DNA of 64,000 bases. It comes from Lingula anatina. Its lineage: Eukaryota > Animalia > Brachiopoda. Shown here in pieces: positions 1 through 14,935 of this stretch (within the stretch, counting starts at the first letter, position 1; each line of letters begins with the position of its first letter). A program made the position numbers and the translations under genes. Location: positions 18,100,587 to 18,164,586 of the forward strand of contig CM120648.1 of the NCBI GenBank assembly GCA_051362555.1. The letters are read 5' to 3'. Under the pieces are notes generated by a model. The model searched no databases. It was not told where the DNA came from and saw only the letters and a program-made list of their open reading frames with translations.

Positions 1-3000
1 ATCATGTAATTAAGTTGAGAGAAAGCAGCTCGTTATCTATAAATGGGTCTGTGTTAATTTTTTTTTTTCAGGTCGATCCTTAGATTGTGTCTATTGGCTG
101 GTAATGTAGTTCTGTCTTTTAAATTGATCAACAACTAGTTTTTAAATTTTCTTTAATAAAATACAAATAACAAGTTTGAAATTGAAAATCTAACATGCAT
201 GAAAAGCCAATTATAGTTCAAGTGTTATACTATTAAAATCCTATTTCAGCATGCAAAATATAGGCCCTATATTTAAAAAAGTTTGCATCGATCATGTTTT
301 GTTTGCTTAACCTTTTTGTTTTAGACTTTGAACACATGAATGGAATTTGTAAATATTCTACACAATATAATTCACTTTCATTAGTTTTGAATTTAAATAT
401 ATGGACAGTATTAATTAGATAAAATGTTACTTATTAAGAAAACGTAAATTTATTGAGAATAAAAATGCCCTTCTGTAAGCGTATTTTTGAGAGATGATTC
501 TGTACAGTATTTACGAGTGTAAATAATATGCGTTTGACAGCATTTTCTTTCAAATGTGATTCTTTAGAAATGTGTGCATTAACTTTTTTTGTCTTACAGA
601 CAGACACAGAGAGGACTTAAGGTCCGAAATCAGAAAGCCACATGGAAAATACATCGAAGGTCTACAAAAGGCTGCCTCCTTTGTAGGGTCTTATCTAGCG
701 CACGAAAATCTTTATTAATAATGCGATTTGATAAATTATCACAGATGATGATTTAGTCTAATTGGTGTGCTACACGGATAAGAAGGGCGCGTAGAAAGTT
801 GCCTGGGTCTGTAAATATATGCATTTTGGTGTCGGGGGGGGGGGGGGGGGGGTGGGGGGGTGGGGTCTCCTTTACTTGCCACAGTATTTAAATATTTTAT
901 CTGGAAATTATTCGATCACCAATCGTCAAGCTGTCTATGCAGAAAGATATTTTTTAAACTAGCGGAGAGCACCTGCATTGGAGAAGACGACCTGACAGAG
1001 AAAGACGAAAGATAAAGATCACTCTCTCATACTTTTTTCCCGTAAATATTTTGATATTAAAGACTCCTGTCCCTCTTCTCTTGTTCGTGTCCTTCTTTTC
1101 TACATTTACTGCATTTTATCACTTGTTTTCCCCGAAGTAAGAATGAATCGTTTGAGCAAGCGGGCTTGGTAGAAAAAGAGGGGAGATATGGACATCAATC
1201 TTATTTCCCGTAAATGTTTTTAATATTAAGGATTCCCATCACTTTTTCTTGATAGTTTCCTCTTTCCTCTATTTCTTTTCGCTGCACTTTTATCTGTTGA
1301 CTTCTCTTAAATGAAATGAATCAAATCTAAATAAAACAAATAACGGAGAGCAGATTCTTTGGTGAAATTATTTATCTGTCAAAAACCTTATAAAACGTTA
1401 AAACATTCTTTATGAATAACGACCCATGCAGTAGTGTAAAATATCCATTTTGTAGAAGGTTGCACAGGATTAAATTCTCGATGCAATAAACGATTATTTC
1501 CTAGTCTTTCATTAGCCTACCAGCACCTAATTGAGAAAATTTTGATTCACCCCAAGAAGTTATAACTTCTTGTTCACCCTGACACTGCAAACGAAAAAGT
1601 TCTTTAGTTTACTGGTGTCTCTTGAATATTTAGGCACTGTTGATGGCCCCAAAGATTGAAATTTGCTGAAACCGATGCTTTATCGCTATTGTTTAATGAT
1701 TAACAATTGCTGCCTGAGAACGCTCTTGGGATGTATACTAGTAGACATAGACAAAGAATGGAATAGTTTTTAATATAAAGGTCACTTACAACCCAGTCAT
1801 TAGGTAACACTGGACAACGAAACAAAGGGGCGACTACCAGTTGTAACTGCCATTGAATGAAATGCAAAAGGTGCGAAATCGGCCACCCCTTAATGCGATC
1901 ATTAACCAGCAAACAAAGCGTTGTATTGTAATCTCCACCGCCGACAAGCGGGATATCAAAAAAGAATGACAGTCTTTTTACTTCCACCATCCATCCCTAG
2001 GACGTACATGTACACATGAAAACAACATTGATTATTATTCTTGTTATAATACATGAAGTAAATTGAAAAAATTAAAACTTTGTTAATTTGGACTTACTTC
2101 ATACATGATGTTATTGTGTTCACGACAAAGGCTAATCAAATGCCATTTACCCTTAATGATTTGTTTGGGCGAACTCTCCTCCACATCATTTGCACACGTA
2201 TCAGTTAAAGATCTTCTTTTAAATAATCTATTTCGTAGTTGCAGTAAGCGAATGCAGTTATGTGACCGATCTGCACAAACACTTAGGCCCTTGCCGTTAG
2301 GCAAATTGGCACACTCCTAAGTCATTTTTGATAATTTTTTCTAATGCCCAATAAGAATTTTTGCATGGAATTAATTTTCCACCGCTCAGCTGGCATTCAG
2401 TAATATATCGCGAGGACATTGCACTAACCGATGAGAGACTGTGGTTTAAGCTAGATACAACACTCCCACCGAGCTGTACCCGAAAATTACTCAACCTGTG
2501 GCTCGACAATACGCTCGTTATATTTCAAGTTCGGCTCTGCGACTTGTATCTATCACTTATTACAATGTCCAGGTAGCTTGCCCAGCTGTGGTTTTATATT
2601 ATCGCTATTTAGGTTCCTTTCGAAACCAGCTTCGTTTCCACGAAAACAACATACATGTACAGTGTTTTGGATGTTACTCACACGAAGACCTGGCACGGCT
2701 TTGTCGTTGGTAATTTCTTTTTATTGTTTAGTGCTATCTATACCCCTATCACTTAACCTGAGAAGTTTCCAAACGTAAGGACAAAGAGAAAAGTGTGATG
2801 TATCGAGACAAAAGGGAGATCGGTAGATACGTCCAAAATTAGGGAGACTTCTGCCAAGTTCGGAAGGGTTAATTGGTATGGGCCACAGACTGATCGCTCG
2901 AGAAATTCTCCAAAACTACAAAAAATCCTTCAAATGTATTAAATAGCAGAGGCCCATTCCCCCGATTGTAAGAAGCAAACAAAACAACGAGACGGCAGGT

Positions 3001-6000
3001 CGACATTCAGCCTAGAGCAAGGTGCAATACTGCCAAGTTGAAAGCTGTTAATTAAGTCGGATTATAGCGCGCATCAATTTACTTCCCGTCGCGCTTGGCG
3101 AGGACGAACTCCCGTCTCCAAGGGTCGCCCGTACAATAATTTACATATGCGCTCCTCCCCCTGTGCGCTTAGGCCCTGTATGAGTCCACGTCGCTATTGT
3201 TTGCTACCCGCACAGGCTTTTGTAGTTTATCAAAACAACCCATTGTCTCTCAGGGGGCGTGAGTACAGAGTTAATACGTACATGGAGTATACGCATACGG
3301 ATTGTCGCGCGAATTATGAGCACAACCAGTAGTGCTGTTTAAGATTGATTGTTACAGTTTACCTATTACAAAGATTGCAATAAATTATGATTAATTTCAG
3401 TGTGTATGTGTGTGAGTAATTGATAAATGTAGTTAGAATTTTTTTATGATATTCTTTTAAAAACTCTATTATTTATTCTAGGCTTGAATAGCATGAATAG
3501 GACCAGGATTATTCCTTTTGCCGTGCAAATATCATAACAAAAGCGCCCATCATTTCCAAATGCTGTGTGGCAATGAACACCACAACCTCTGGGATACTTC
3601 TAAGGGATGAAAAATATGTGCTCTTGCTAATATAAATAGTTGTTGGTTATCAGTACATAGAAATGCAGTTTGTGAAATCAATTTAGGTTTTAACCACATG
3701 AAGTTAGTTAAAAGTGTATGTGCAACTAAGTTAACAATACATTGTTTTATTTTTACTGTGCAGGTTTTTTTTATATATGTGTAGCTTATAGATAATATCT
3801 ACTTATCAGAATACAAGTAAAACAAGTTTATTCAAATGCAAATATGGATTGATACCTGGTATCACTGAAAGAAAATTAACATGACATCTTTGGGAAAATT
3901 TATGAGATTATATTATTTGTAAAAATTCTGGTCCACTGTGTAAAGGGAAATTGTGTGTTAGATGGTTAAATATATATAAATGTGTACCAATCAAGTAAAG
4001 TAGCATTGAATTATCACCTACTGGGTAATTAATGTACAATGTAATGTAAAATAACTATTTTGCAATGTACATGTCTCACTGGTAAAATATTTCAGGCTAG
4101 TTGAATTTTATGTAAAATTAAAATAAAATATATAGCAATGTGATTAAATGTAAATTGTCTTTCATTTGTTATTTTTCATATTTAGAAAGGAATACCCTCA
4201 TCAGTTGGCCTCATGTAATAAAAAGGTTTATCTACAATGAAAAAAAATGTTAAAGTTCATTTGTATTAGCACCGTGGTAAGTGCCAAGAAAAAAATTATT
4301 TCATTGTCCCCAATACCCAGTTGCTCTATATAAGTAATACTGTGTGAAGGAAAAACTAAAACGAGACTGAAGCTCGTGAGAAAGCACTAAGTCAAAGCGA
4401 GGCTTATATGCGGATATCGTAAGTGAGAGTTTTCAGGCTGACATGGCCGTGAATTGATTTGTGCCATTCACAGCTTAAGGCAAAGTTCTTTACATGCTTA
4501 CATTGACAGAAAGCTGAATAAATTTTCCACAACTTGTAGTAATTTCAAGTTGTGCGGAGGCCTCTATAGGTACAAAAATCAAAATCAAAAACGAACTTCC
4601 GTAATAGCTTTAATAAAATTTCGATTTCAAACTCATTTTTCAACATTAAATATGCTGTAGATCAACTTTTGGGTCATCTCACATTATTCGAAATTTAGGC
4701 TATTTCTCAATATGACAATGTACATATTGTAACCCCAAGTACGTTAATAGCCGAGATAATACACCGTTTATGACACCCTATAAATCTCAAAAGATATTGC
4801 CCAATTCAAATTCTCGAACTTCCGGTTTGTTTAATAGCCACCTAGCGGCAGACCAGTGGCTCCCGGGCTGCATGGGACGCCAGATGAACAAATGACCGGA
4901 AGTTAACGTCCATACTGGTGGTCAGTCTCGTGAAGTTATCCTCTGTCCCCAGCCACGGCTGGACGTTAGGCGATATAGCATGGTTCAAAATCAGTATGTC
5001 CAGCCCGCCGAGTTTGTTTTCCGTAAACTTGGTTTATGAAAAAAACAACAATGTTTTTATAATATTTAACCAATCGTTTGTTGCAATTCTAGAGACATTT
5101 CGCAGTTGTGCACACTTTAATTGCTGTACTGTTTTCACTTCGTTTAAAATTGCTTTCGTTTAGGTCACAAAAGTCGTCACGCTTGTTTCCATGAATATTA
5201 TATTAATGATAAAAAACTAAACTTGGCATCCAATTGCTCATTATTCAGACATCTTCTTGTATATTTGACAATACTGTCATTCACAACGTTCACATTGTTC
5301 AGGACCCATATACTGTAACCCCTCTACCCATGATGACTGCCGAAATTGATAATGCCAAAAGTTTAGCTGGGTCCCCGATCTTAATTGCCCTGAGTGCCAG
5401 AAACGTATCATTCTCATCTAAATCGTTAACTTTAGGCAACTAACCAGAAATATCCGAAAGGCTAACCTTTCTCGCTGATAACAATACATCCATGGTTTAA
5501 TAATTTTACTTGCTGTCAAAAATATCCAACAATAAACACGAGCATAAAAATCCCGCGCACTACACTCTCTCCCCGAATGCGCATGCGTACAACTTTTCGT
5601 AGCTACTTACAACAAAACGATCGGACTTACGTGAAAAGTTACAATAATTTGTAAGTTACAACCTTTCGAGAATACGGCCCCAGTTGTTAATAGATGGCGC
5701 AGCGAGTAGTTTTTAGAGGACATTGTGTTTTTGGTGCAAAGATGAAAAACCACCTTCGTCGGGGTTTACAATTGTATTTTTTATGGATTATGCGATATAG
5801 GCCTATTTCTATTATTTTCTTTTTACCTACACAGTTTGGTAAAATGCTTTTTCTCCTTGATTATATCGGCTTATAGAAATATAAATTTTAAAAAATTGTT
5901 TGAAAAAAATGAATGTAAATTTGAATTTTTACAAGTGTTAATTTCTATAAACATATACAATAGGTTCAAGCTCTATTTAAATAAAAGAGAAAAATAACAG

Positions 6001-6578
6001 GAATAAAAGTTTAAGCAGAGTTTCGAATTGTTGATATCGAATATAAAAAAATAATGGGGAATATTTACTGGTCGTTGATGCTGTTTCCCCTCTCAAGCTC
6101 TGACTTAGCGTAGTGGAAACCAGATTTGAAGAGTGACAAGCCCCCGAGTGTCCAGACCCCGAGGCCCACGCTAAGGAGGCGAGGGCCATTCCCTAAAAAC
6201 GCCCCCCCCCCCCGGCAAATAACCTGTATCGGTCCCTGCGTCCCCCCCCCCCCCCCCCCCCCTTCAATGAATCCTGGATCCGCGGGGAAGAGGGGCATGA
6301 ATCTCTGTCAACTCCTGCCTTCGCTTTCTATAATGATCTCTTCACACATCTGGAACCAGTTACATTTAGGTGAAAACGGCACAGCAGGCCAAGAAATCTT
6401 TTACGTTAATAATTTTTATATTGTCATTTTTTCATTCTTACAAAGATTTGTAAAAATACTGTCTCCTAGACCTATCTGTTAAATATATCCCGACTTTTCT
6501 TTTCTTTTTTAAATCATATAATCTCATATAGAAATGAAAAAATGAGTTAAGGAACTAAAGCCGAAAAGCTATTGAATG

Positions 6579-6582
<4 letters not shown>

Positions 6583-6622
<40 letters not shown>

Positions 6623-6628
6623 AAGAGA
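6583..6628. repeat. (GA)n microsatellite
   Basis: Seen directly; other simple repeats at 835-860 (poly G), 16731-16772 (TAT)n, 51293-51360 (CT)n plus poly C, 51960-52003 (TA)n. Confidence 0.95.
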
Positions 6629-7075
6629 AAACGTGTGTGTATTTTGCCTTATAACTCCTACCTCCGCTTTCAAAAATAAACTCTCCAGCCGTGTGGTATA
6701 CATTACATTTGGGAGAAAAGGACACTACAGGTCAGGACATCTGTCACATTGATATTTTTGATACTTTTCTTTTTTGCTTTTACAAAAATTTGTAAAAAGT
6801 GTGTCTCCTCGACGTACATGTATCTGTTAAATAGCCCACTACAATATCTCCATATTTCCACATATAAGATAAGAGAGAGAGAGGCGGGCCGAAATTTTGC
6901 TGGAATTTTCGGTGAACTTGACCTTGCTGTGGTGTAAAAAAATGGACATCGGACTCAGGTCGGACTTGAAGAACAAAACAAACAAGCACAAAACAAGCAC
7001 GAACGTAATCTCCTCTCAACTCATCTAACACCCTCACGTGGTCAAATGCACCCCAGGTCAGCCTCCAGCGGTCAT

Positions 7076-7274
7076 GTAGATACTCCCCCGCACCGATAAT
7101 CCCCCTTAGTAATTTTTTGTATAGGCCTAATGCGCATCGATGCGACCCCACACCGATAGATCCCCGCAACGGTACATCCCCGCACCGATACTTCCCCTCA
7201 GTAGGCCTATATCTGTAATTGTGGGGATATAGGCCTACCGGTGCGGGGGAGTATCGGTGCGGGGACGTATCGAC
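7076..7274. mobile_element. MITE-like element with reiterated CCCCGCACCGATA motifs
   Basis: TGTAGATACTCCCCCGCACCGATA at the left matches the reverse complement of TATCGGTGCGGGGACGTATCGACA at the right; internal direct and inverted copies of the motif. Confidence 0.55.
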
Positions 7275-8797
7275 AAGTAACCCGCCTGCCAGATAACATG
7301 CCACCAGTGGGTCACCTGCGGCTATAAACAGCAAACAGCCACTGGTGGACCACTGGTGTAGGATCTACTGCTCGTGGTTAGCTGGTGGCAGATTGCCGTT
7401 GGTAATGTAGCTGGTGACCGGTCCACCGGTGACCCATTCGCGATTTTCTCATCGTAATTGTAAAGTGTAGCTTTTTTTTTTTTTTTTCAAATACGCGTAT
7501 GCGTATTGTAATAACGTTACCTCATTTCGGCGGAAGTGTTTTTTACCTTTGTTCACTCATTTGGGAGTGCCCAATTTCCAAGCATTTCATTGGCCTATAA
7601 AATTTACGTGACGTAGACCTACTGCACGCGACGGCTGCACGTGACGTCTGCGTCGACCACTCTACTCCGCCTGACTGCTGCCACTGGGCTTCGATTTCAC
7701 TATATTTCATGTAAAATAGGCCTAGGTAAGCCTAATAATATTTAAATACACTGATTGCCGGATCTTTTCAATGTAGGCCTACATGTAGGAAAAATGTTGA
7801 TTTATAAAACAGCTTTTTAAAAAATAAATTCTGGAAATTAGTACATTGTTATTGAGTGGAAGAAACAAATCGCGAAAGCTCCACCTAGGCCTACTATAGC
7901 CCTATGAGATATAGGTATGAAAAAAATTGATTATAAGATTCGTCTTTTGTATTTGAAAGTTTGGTATTTTTGTCACTTGAAAAGATCGAGTCAATTAAAA
8001 GGTATACATTTTCAAAGTGTATATATTTTTAAAAAATAAAAATGTAGTTAATCAATGTGTTATGAAGGGTTTTCTGTGGCTTTTATTTACGTAAATTTCA
8101 TTTTGATAACAATTAAAATGGAAAAGACCCATAATAGATTTATGAATTATATTGATAACAATTGGAAAAAGTAAAGTTTGCATCTTAAAATAAACCTTGG
8201 AATATTACCAGTGAACATTGGCCCTTTTTCTTATGTGGTCTACCCTGAGTGTCAGAGCAACGTAAAAACTAGCTTGCTAAATATACCTTGTGGTGGAGTC
8301 GCTTTTACTAGTACAGTAGTAGGCCTACCTGGTATTGCTACTATGGGTTATATATGAAATCAAGATCGAGCTGGCAATACCGGTTTCAATTTATTAAACC
8401 CTTGACCCCAACGGCTCATCAGAATGGAATACAGTAACAATATAAAGTCATATCAATGAACTACCACTACAACAAAAACTACTACTGATACAAATAATAA
8501 TAATAATAATAACAATAATTCATTATAGGCCTACTGACGCTAATCTTAGCTCCGATGCACATTGTAATTATTTCCCGAAGTCGCTAAATTGTGAGACATT
8601 GTTAAGTGATAATAATTTATTTAGTTTGAAGACTGCGAGCTTTTTGACATTTTAACATATATATATATATGAAGCCAGGGATCTTCTCTTGAAATAGTAT
8701 TTATTTCAAAACATTTGCACATCACGGTCTCCTCTGTATTCACAGCAGCGAGGTGGCTCGTTTAAATTCTCAAGAGACTCGCTTAAATTTGTTAAAA

Positions 8798-8828
<31 letters not shown>

Positions 8829-9051
8829 AAATAAAACCCTCGCTGAGATAAACTACTACTAACAGTATTTTTTTTTATTCAGGTTAACTGAAAATTATAA
8901 AGATGGTGAAGTAACCATTAATTTCCTACGGATCATGTAGAAAGGTGATGAATAAGACAATATATGGAAAAATTGGTCGTTTATAACTGACCAAATATGT
9001 CTAGAGATAATACAGTTTACATTCAAGTTGACCACCAATATCTGGCATATA

Positions 9052-10954
9052 GGGGAGAGCGGGGTGGGTTGGAACGCGGGTAAGTTGGAACATTGGCTTT
9101 ATTTCTTAAATCACAAGACCGATCATGTGCTCCTTCAGCATAAAAATGTCACGTGGCATGGTCATTCATCCGGTAAACTTGTGGAAGTTTCGAAAATGCA
9201 GTAAAAGTTTTATGCGAAAAAAACTTATTTTCGCTACTCGAAGTAAGTTTTCATATTTTTGACATTCATCGTACTGTAAACTTAAGTATAAGGATTATAT
9301 CACTGAAATTGTGCATAGCGATTAGGACCACCTTGATGTTCAAAAGGCTGTTGTTTTTTTTAATCACTTCCCACGTGTTAAAGAAATACAGTGTCATAAG
9401 TAGGCCATGACGTCATGGGGGCTGGTCGGAACATTTGACATGGGGCCAGTTGGAACACTGTCAGGGGTGTTCCAACCCACCCCGCACGGTGTTTTTCATT
9501 TTTTAAACCTCTCTAAATGTTTTAATTTCAACTTTGAAGAGAGTAGTAACGTAGTAACCCAGTACAACTCCAACTGGAGACGGAATCTAGCTGATAGAAC
9601 ATCTCCAAGATGCCGGAATGTACATGCGTGTAGAAGATACAAGGGGGGGGGGGGTCATTGCTTGTTAAATGCAGTTCCTAGCTATTTGGTCTAAAGGGGT
9701 CTGCATGCCCACTGTTGCTTTTTGCGATAAATTGCTTTTAGATGTGGAAGGAAATGTTGATTATTACTCTGCTTTTCGCGGCAAAATGAAAATATTCTAG
9801 CTGAGAGCCTATGTTATGGATAAACTATACAACACCAATTCTGCCGATGTGGTTTTAAATGTTTTGTGTAATGGATTGGGGGTTGCTGTTAATGTTTAGT
9901 GAACGACGGTACAAAATCCGCCAGAAAAGACAAACATTCACCTGGTAACTTAGACAAAGATTCAGTTGAAATCTCAGTTGCCCTCACCGGAAGAGGTGCT
10001 ACAGCACACTAAAGCTCACTTAAGAAAAACCCCAAACAGCTCAAGTCCAGCAATAATTAGACCCAATAACTGACACACCTGAAAATGAGCTACTCGAAAA
10101 AGAAAAGGCCAAGCCCAACAAAATTAAAAAGGACAAGCGCAACAAAAATAAAAAACAGTTTAAGATTTCTAGTCGATAGAGAAAATCAAGAAAAGGGAAA
10201 TTAAAGATGACCAGCGATTCTGAGTCAGAAGAAGAGTGGCCATGTCTGGTTTGTGGGGAGCCGTTCATTAACAGCCGACCAAAAGAGCATTGGGTTAAAT
10301 GCATTGTTTGTCTAAAGTGGTCACATGAAGACTGTACAAAGGTTGACCAAGTGTAGGGCCTACATATGTCAGAACTGCAATTTTGATTCTGAGTTGTTGA
10401 GTTGAAAGAGATACAGTTTTCATTTGTAGGTCTAACATACTGTTGTTAATAGGTTGAGTTATAGGAGTTCAATTTCTTTTCTCTTAAACTACACCACTTT
10501 TGTTATCATTATGAAATGAAGTGTAACTGGATATGGTTTATACATCGAAAAGACTATTTGAAAGCAAATTGTAAAAGTAAAAAATGCTTACAAACTATGG
10601 AGATACGAATACAAAGTAACACGTACTTGTTGGGAAATTAATATAGATAAAACTACTCTTAAAATGAATTATACTTTGAATTTATATGCAAGCGTTCCAA
10701 CTCGCCCTCTTGTTCCAACTCACCCCACTGCCTGTTCCAACTGACCCCGCGGGTGGGGTGAGATGGAACGTTTTAGGAGCCAACTTTGAGCATTTATTAC
10801 TCTAAAATAAAAAGACCTACTTGATGTTTTATTTCATAGATAAGTGCGGCATATAATTTTCCCCTATCAGATTTTTTATTTTTGTCCCCAAAGCTTTGAC
10901 TGCTGAGATATCGCAAAAAAGGTGAAAACTGTTCCAACCAACCCCGCTCTCCCC
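9052..10954 (+). mobile_element. Tc1/mariner-pogo-like DNA transposon, internally deleted
   Basis: TIRs GGGGAGAGCGGGGT(G/T)GGTTGGAAC at both ends, TA on both flanks, internal TTGGAAC/GTTCCAA subterminal repeats. Confidence 0.8.
10040..10380 (+). pseudogene. C-terminal remnant of pogo-like transposase (basic tail plus PHD finger)
   Basis: Translates to TDTPENELLEKEK...EEEWPCLVCGEPFINSRPKEHWVKCIVCLKWSHEDCT...YICQNC (C4HC3 pattern) with stops and frameshifts. Confidence 0.7.
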
Positions 10955-11028
10955 TATATGCATATTTGTAATGTTAAGATTTTTCATGTTTTTAAAAAGA
11001 CAAATAATTAAATTAGGACTAGACATAA

Positions 11029-13098
11029 CAGGGGTCGAAATGTTGCTTTCCCGCTTTCCCGTGGGAAAGCTATTGTGAGCTCGGGAAATCTATGTCAAAT
11101 CTTACTTTCCCGTCCGGTAAATCATTGGAAATGCCCGGGAAATGCAAAAACCTCTCGGGAAACCGCGCTTAGAGGTCGCTTTCCCGAAGAACTGTTATTT
11201 TATTTCCTGGCACCAAGCCGTCAATTTAACCATTTTCTACAACGCAAGTAAGCTCGACGTAAGTACTTGCTCTGAAACTAAGGACGCACTCACGTGACTA
11301 GCTAGAATTTGTCACGGGGCCTCCTTTTGAATTTTAAGAGAGTTGTCAATCAAAATCTTCTCCAGGCATTTACAGTGGTATATCTGACTCGTTCCCTATC
11401 CCATTTACACAATGTTAAACATAGAAAGGAACAAGGCTGCGCAGCTAGCAGGTATAACATAGAGAAGTACAAACCTACGCAGCTCACGGAAACAAATAAA
11501 TGTGCGGGAACAAAGTTAACGCAGTGTCCAAGCCTACACAATCAATGGGCACCAGACAGCGTAGTACGGGGAACGAATATCGGTCAGCCATTTATGCACG
11601 ATCAGCTGATGCAAGATTCAGGTTGCGCGCATAAGTCGGGCTCAAGTCTAACAGAGGTTGATGGTCAGAAAATGAATCTCTTTAAGCATGAGTTCCTCAA
11701 GTGGAAAATCAAAGACGAAAGCAAGGGAAAACCAAGCAAACTTGCTAAACAAGACACATGTAAACTTCAAGACAGGATAAGAAATGAGGGTAAAGCAGGT
11801 GCACATGGCGACGATACAGGTACGTCGTAAATAATAATTAAAATGCCTAACAAGTTTCACCTCTAATGAACTGTAAATTTATTGATAAACAAGACGTTTT
11901 TACTTTTCTGTTACGTAGTAAACATAAAAATTGCCCTACCTCGTTCTCTTTGCTGATGACATGATGTATTGAAAACAAATGGGCCTTTTCACCGACTGAG
12001 TTTTTCTTACCCTCGATTTTTCGGCTCTTCTCAAGAGCTTCACCTGGACTTATTTAATTTATTTGAGAAGTGATTGATTTGTTTTTCATTGAACTCCTAC
12101 CAAACTGATGACCATTTTAAAGATGTCATAGGTTATTCTAGCCTTTATAATTAAGGACCTAATATCTTTATTCCCTTTACTTTTGAAAATGGAGTGTTTG
12201 TAACATCAAAATTTCACTGCGCTTCTTCAACTTACCCTTTTCTAATTGGTGTGAAATTGTCTACTATTAAGAAAATGCCCCAAGTTTCAAATGAAATTAA
12301 TCATTGTGCACACTGGGAACAAGTCCATTGTTTATTGGTTTGACCATGATTACATGATAATTGACATGTCCAGAGTCTTTCTTCAATTCATAGTAAAGTA
12401 TTCACATTACCATTCTAGTGTACAATGTCCAGTTATTTCTCTGTAACTGTATATAATTGCAATAAAATCTCAATCAATCAATTGCTATTAATACTTACTT
12501 TTTAGTTGCCAAAGATGGACCCATGGAGAATATAGACAGTGACGAGTATGGAGATGAGACAGTTGAAAGGCTTTTAGAACATTTTAGAAGGACACTGGAT
12601 AAAGCTGGCTTTAAAACAAACATGTGCCAGGCTGAATGGCCTCAGTTAAAAAAAATCCATGCTGGAACTTCATGAAAAGGGCCAGGACATAGTTGCCTTT
12701 TAAAGTAGAATGCTGACTGTACTTAAAGACATTTACCCTAATATTTGTGCTCTCTTGGCCATTGTGATGGTCCTTTCAGTCAGCAATACACATGCAGCAT
12801 ATGTATTTGGTACTAAGATTTCAGTCACATTTATTTTGACAAATATATCTAGTTGTTATAAAAAACACTATATATGGATGCCATGTTAGTTTATTTCATA
12901 TCAATAAACATTCATTTCTCAAAGATATGTTCTTACCTTTATAATTCATCATCATATTAAAATAATCTAATTTAATATCAGGGAAATCAGTTTTCATGAT
13001 TTTGTTGTCAGGGAAAGCTACTTTCTTGCAGGGAAAGTAATGTACAAAATCACTTTCCCGGCAGGGAAAGTATGATTTTCTGAACATTTCGACCCCTG
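11029..13098 (+). mobile_element. Non-autonomous internal-deletion derivative of the hAT element at 17346-22069
   Basis: TIRs CAGGGGTCGAAATGTT / AACATTTCGACCCCTG; flanked by ACATAA on both sides; colinear similarity to 17346-18860, 21127-21370 and 21765-22069. Confidence 0.9.
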
Positions 13099-13209
13099 AC
13101 ATAAGGAAGTGCACATGGTGCATTTTGGTAGTCATTTTAACGTATTTTCATTAATTCCAATCTGATTTCTTTACTGATGAATTATTCGTAGGCCTATTAT
13201 GGTTTTCAG

Positions 13210-14215
13210 AGATCTTTTCATCTTCACCACTCTCCTGCAGCTATGCTGAAGAATAACATTATTGTTCTTACAAGGTTAGAGCAAAAATTGAAACAGAACA
13301 GAAGTCCTGATGACAATATTGTCTTAATTGACGAGTTTGCATTTCCTATGGAGACTAGAGAAGATGTGGCAAGGGTTGAAAACATACTTAAAGATAAGCA
13401 TAATGAAATTACTGGTAAGTTAAAAAAATAGTATGATTAAAATTAATGTAGTGATTGTTGTGCTGAAGCTACATATGGAATCAATAATACGTTGATTTTT
13501 AAAATAGTGGTTATTTGATCAATGATTAATATAACACTTTAATCTGAACACTTATCATTTGTTGTATGTATATATATAAATGTGCTTTACTAATTAAGAA
13601 TAGGCTATTTTATATTTATTTCAAAGGTCAAACCACACTGGGAGGGTTTTCCTCCAAGGAAATGGTACAGTGTACATGTAGATAGGATCATGTCTACTAT
13701 TTTTAAAACTAACATATTGCATGCCAGTGTAACTGTATTGGGAAGGGCGGAAAGGTTGCACTAAAAAACTCGGCCCTTTAAAAGCAATGGAATGTTTGCA
13801 TTTCGTAATGATCAAATAATGTTTGCTCAGATATATTTTTACATATTAATTGTATTATCATGATCCTGAAGTAAAGTTACAGTTCAAAATATAAAGGTTG
13901 TTTCTTCTGAACAACTTTGTCTTTTTATGGTTTTTACATATATTCTCTTAAGGATAAACGCATATCAACCTATTTCTGTCCTTTGATGAGACCATTCCGT
14001 TTTGTAACTCCTGTTTGAACCATTTTTGTTTACTGTCCAATTTAGCACTGTTAAGATAGGAGGATTAAGTTAAGTTTTTTTATGTTTTCACAGATGCAGG
14101 TAGATCGAGAGCTACCGAGGCTGAATAAGACACATGCATCAAATTGTGGCTCAAAAATGCGCATGATAGGGATGGCGGCAGAAAATTGAGGGAAATAAAA
14201 ACAAGGAAAAAATGA
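13210..14215 (+). pseudogene. Degraded multi-exon DUF4806-like gene of the kind carried by DNA transposons
   Basis: Fragments FPMETREDVARVENIL, QCNCIGKGGKVAL and CIKLWLKNAHDRDGGRKLR resemble recalled DUF4806 motifs; in-frame stops present. Confidence 0.45.
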
Positions 14216-14330
14216 GGTAAATAAACACACTGGACAAAAGAAGTGTCACCCTCTGCAGAGTAATGAAAGTTATAAGGCCTGGGTCTACTCTTAATATGAC
14301 TATTGAGTATAAAACCGCTGTACTATGGAA

Positions 14331-14374
<44 letters not shown>

Positions 14375-14681
14375 TGAATTTTGATGTTTATAAAATGATA
14401 CCAGGAGCATATCATTCCAGAGTCATTTATCTCCCCCAAAGTATTGGTTCACTTCTATTGTCCAGTGTGTGTAGGCCTAACAAAAAAATAAAAAAATAAA
14501 ATAATAATAATAATAATAAAAATAAAATAAAATAAAATAAAAATCACTGTTTAAGGTGATAACTGTGAAGAGAAATATTAGTTTTACGTATATCTTTTTT
14601 ATCTGATATCAAATAATCATTTTCCAGTTACCTTTGTACGTTATTTCTTTTGCGCGTCTATAGTTTTGCTATGAAAAAAAT

Positions 14682-14754
14682 ACCGGAAGTCGTGTTGCGC
14701 AAAGGATTATGGTCTGTATGAATGAGGCGCCATTTTCTTCAACAACCAGGAAGT
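14682..14754 (+). promoter_or_regulatory. Putative promoter of the NHL-Roc-COR-HEPN gene
   Basis: ETS-type ACCGGAAGT (14682) and CCAGGAAGT (14746) and YY1-type GCGCCATTTT (14727), about 200 bp upstream of ATG 14936. Confidence 0.4.
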
Positions 14755-14935
14755 AACAGGACGGAGATTGTGGGATAATGTTGAACATATTTGACAAAGA
14801 AAGAGATATGATCTGACCGACTTGTAGGTATATGGAGCAAGTGTTTATGTTACTGTGATCTCCAAGCTGCAGCAACAGAAGTGAACATAAAGTTTAGCAA
14901 TCGCTGACAGAAATATTACAGGATCTACTGTCGGA

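Noticed and set aside
1430-2780. Possible degraded coding sequence on the minus strand
   Set aside because: Many stops and no motif I can assign with confidence
5200-5683. Harbinger-like end (GGGGCCGTATTCTCGAAAGG on the minus strand)
   Set aside because: Matching second terminus and TSD not found
6065-6482. Gly- or Pro-rich ORFs
   Set aside because: Caused by poly-C tracts in a repeat fragment
11309-11830. 173-aa ORF
   Set aside because: 5' region plus first transposase exon of the deleted hAT copy; the upstream part is not kept open in the intact copy
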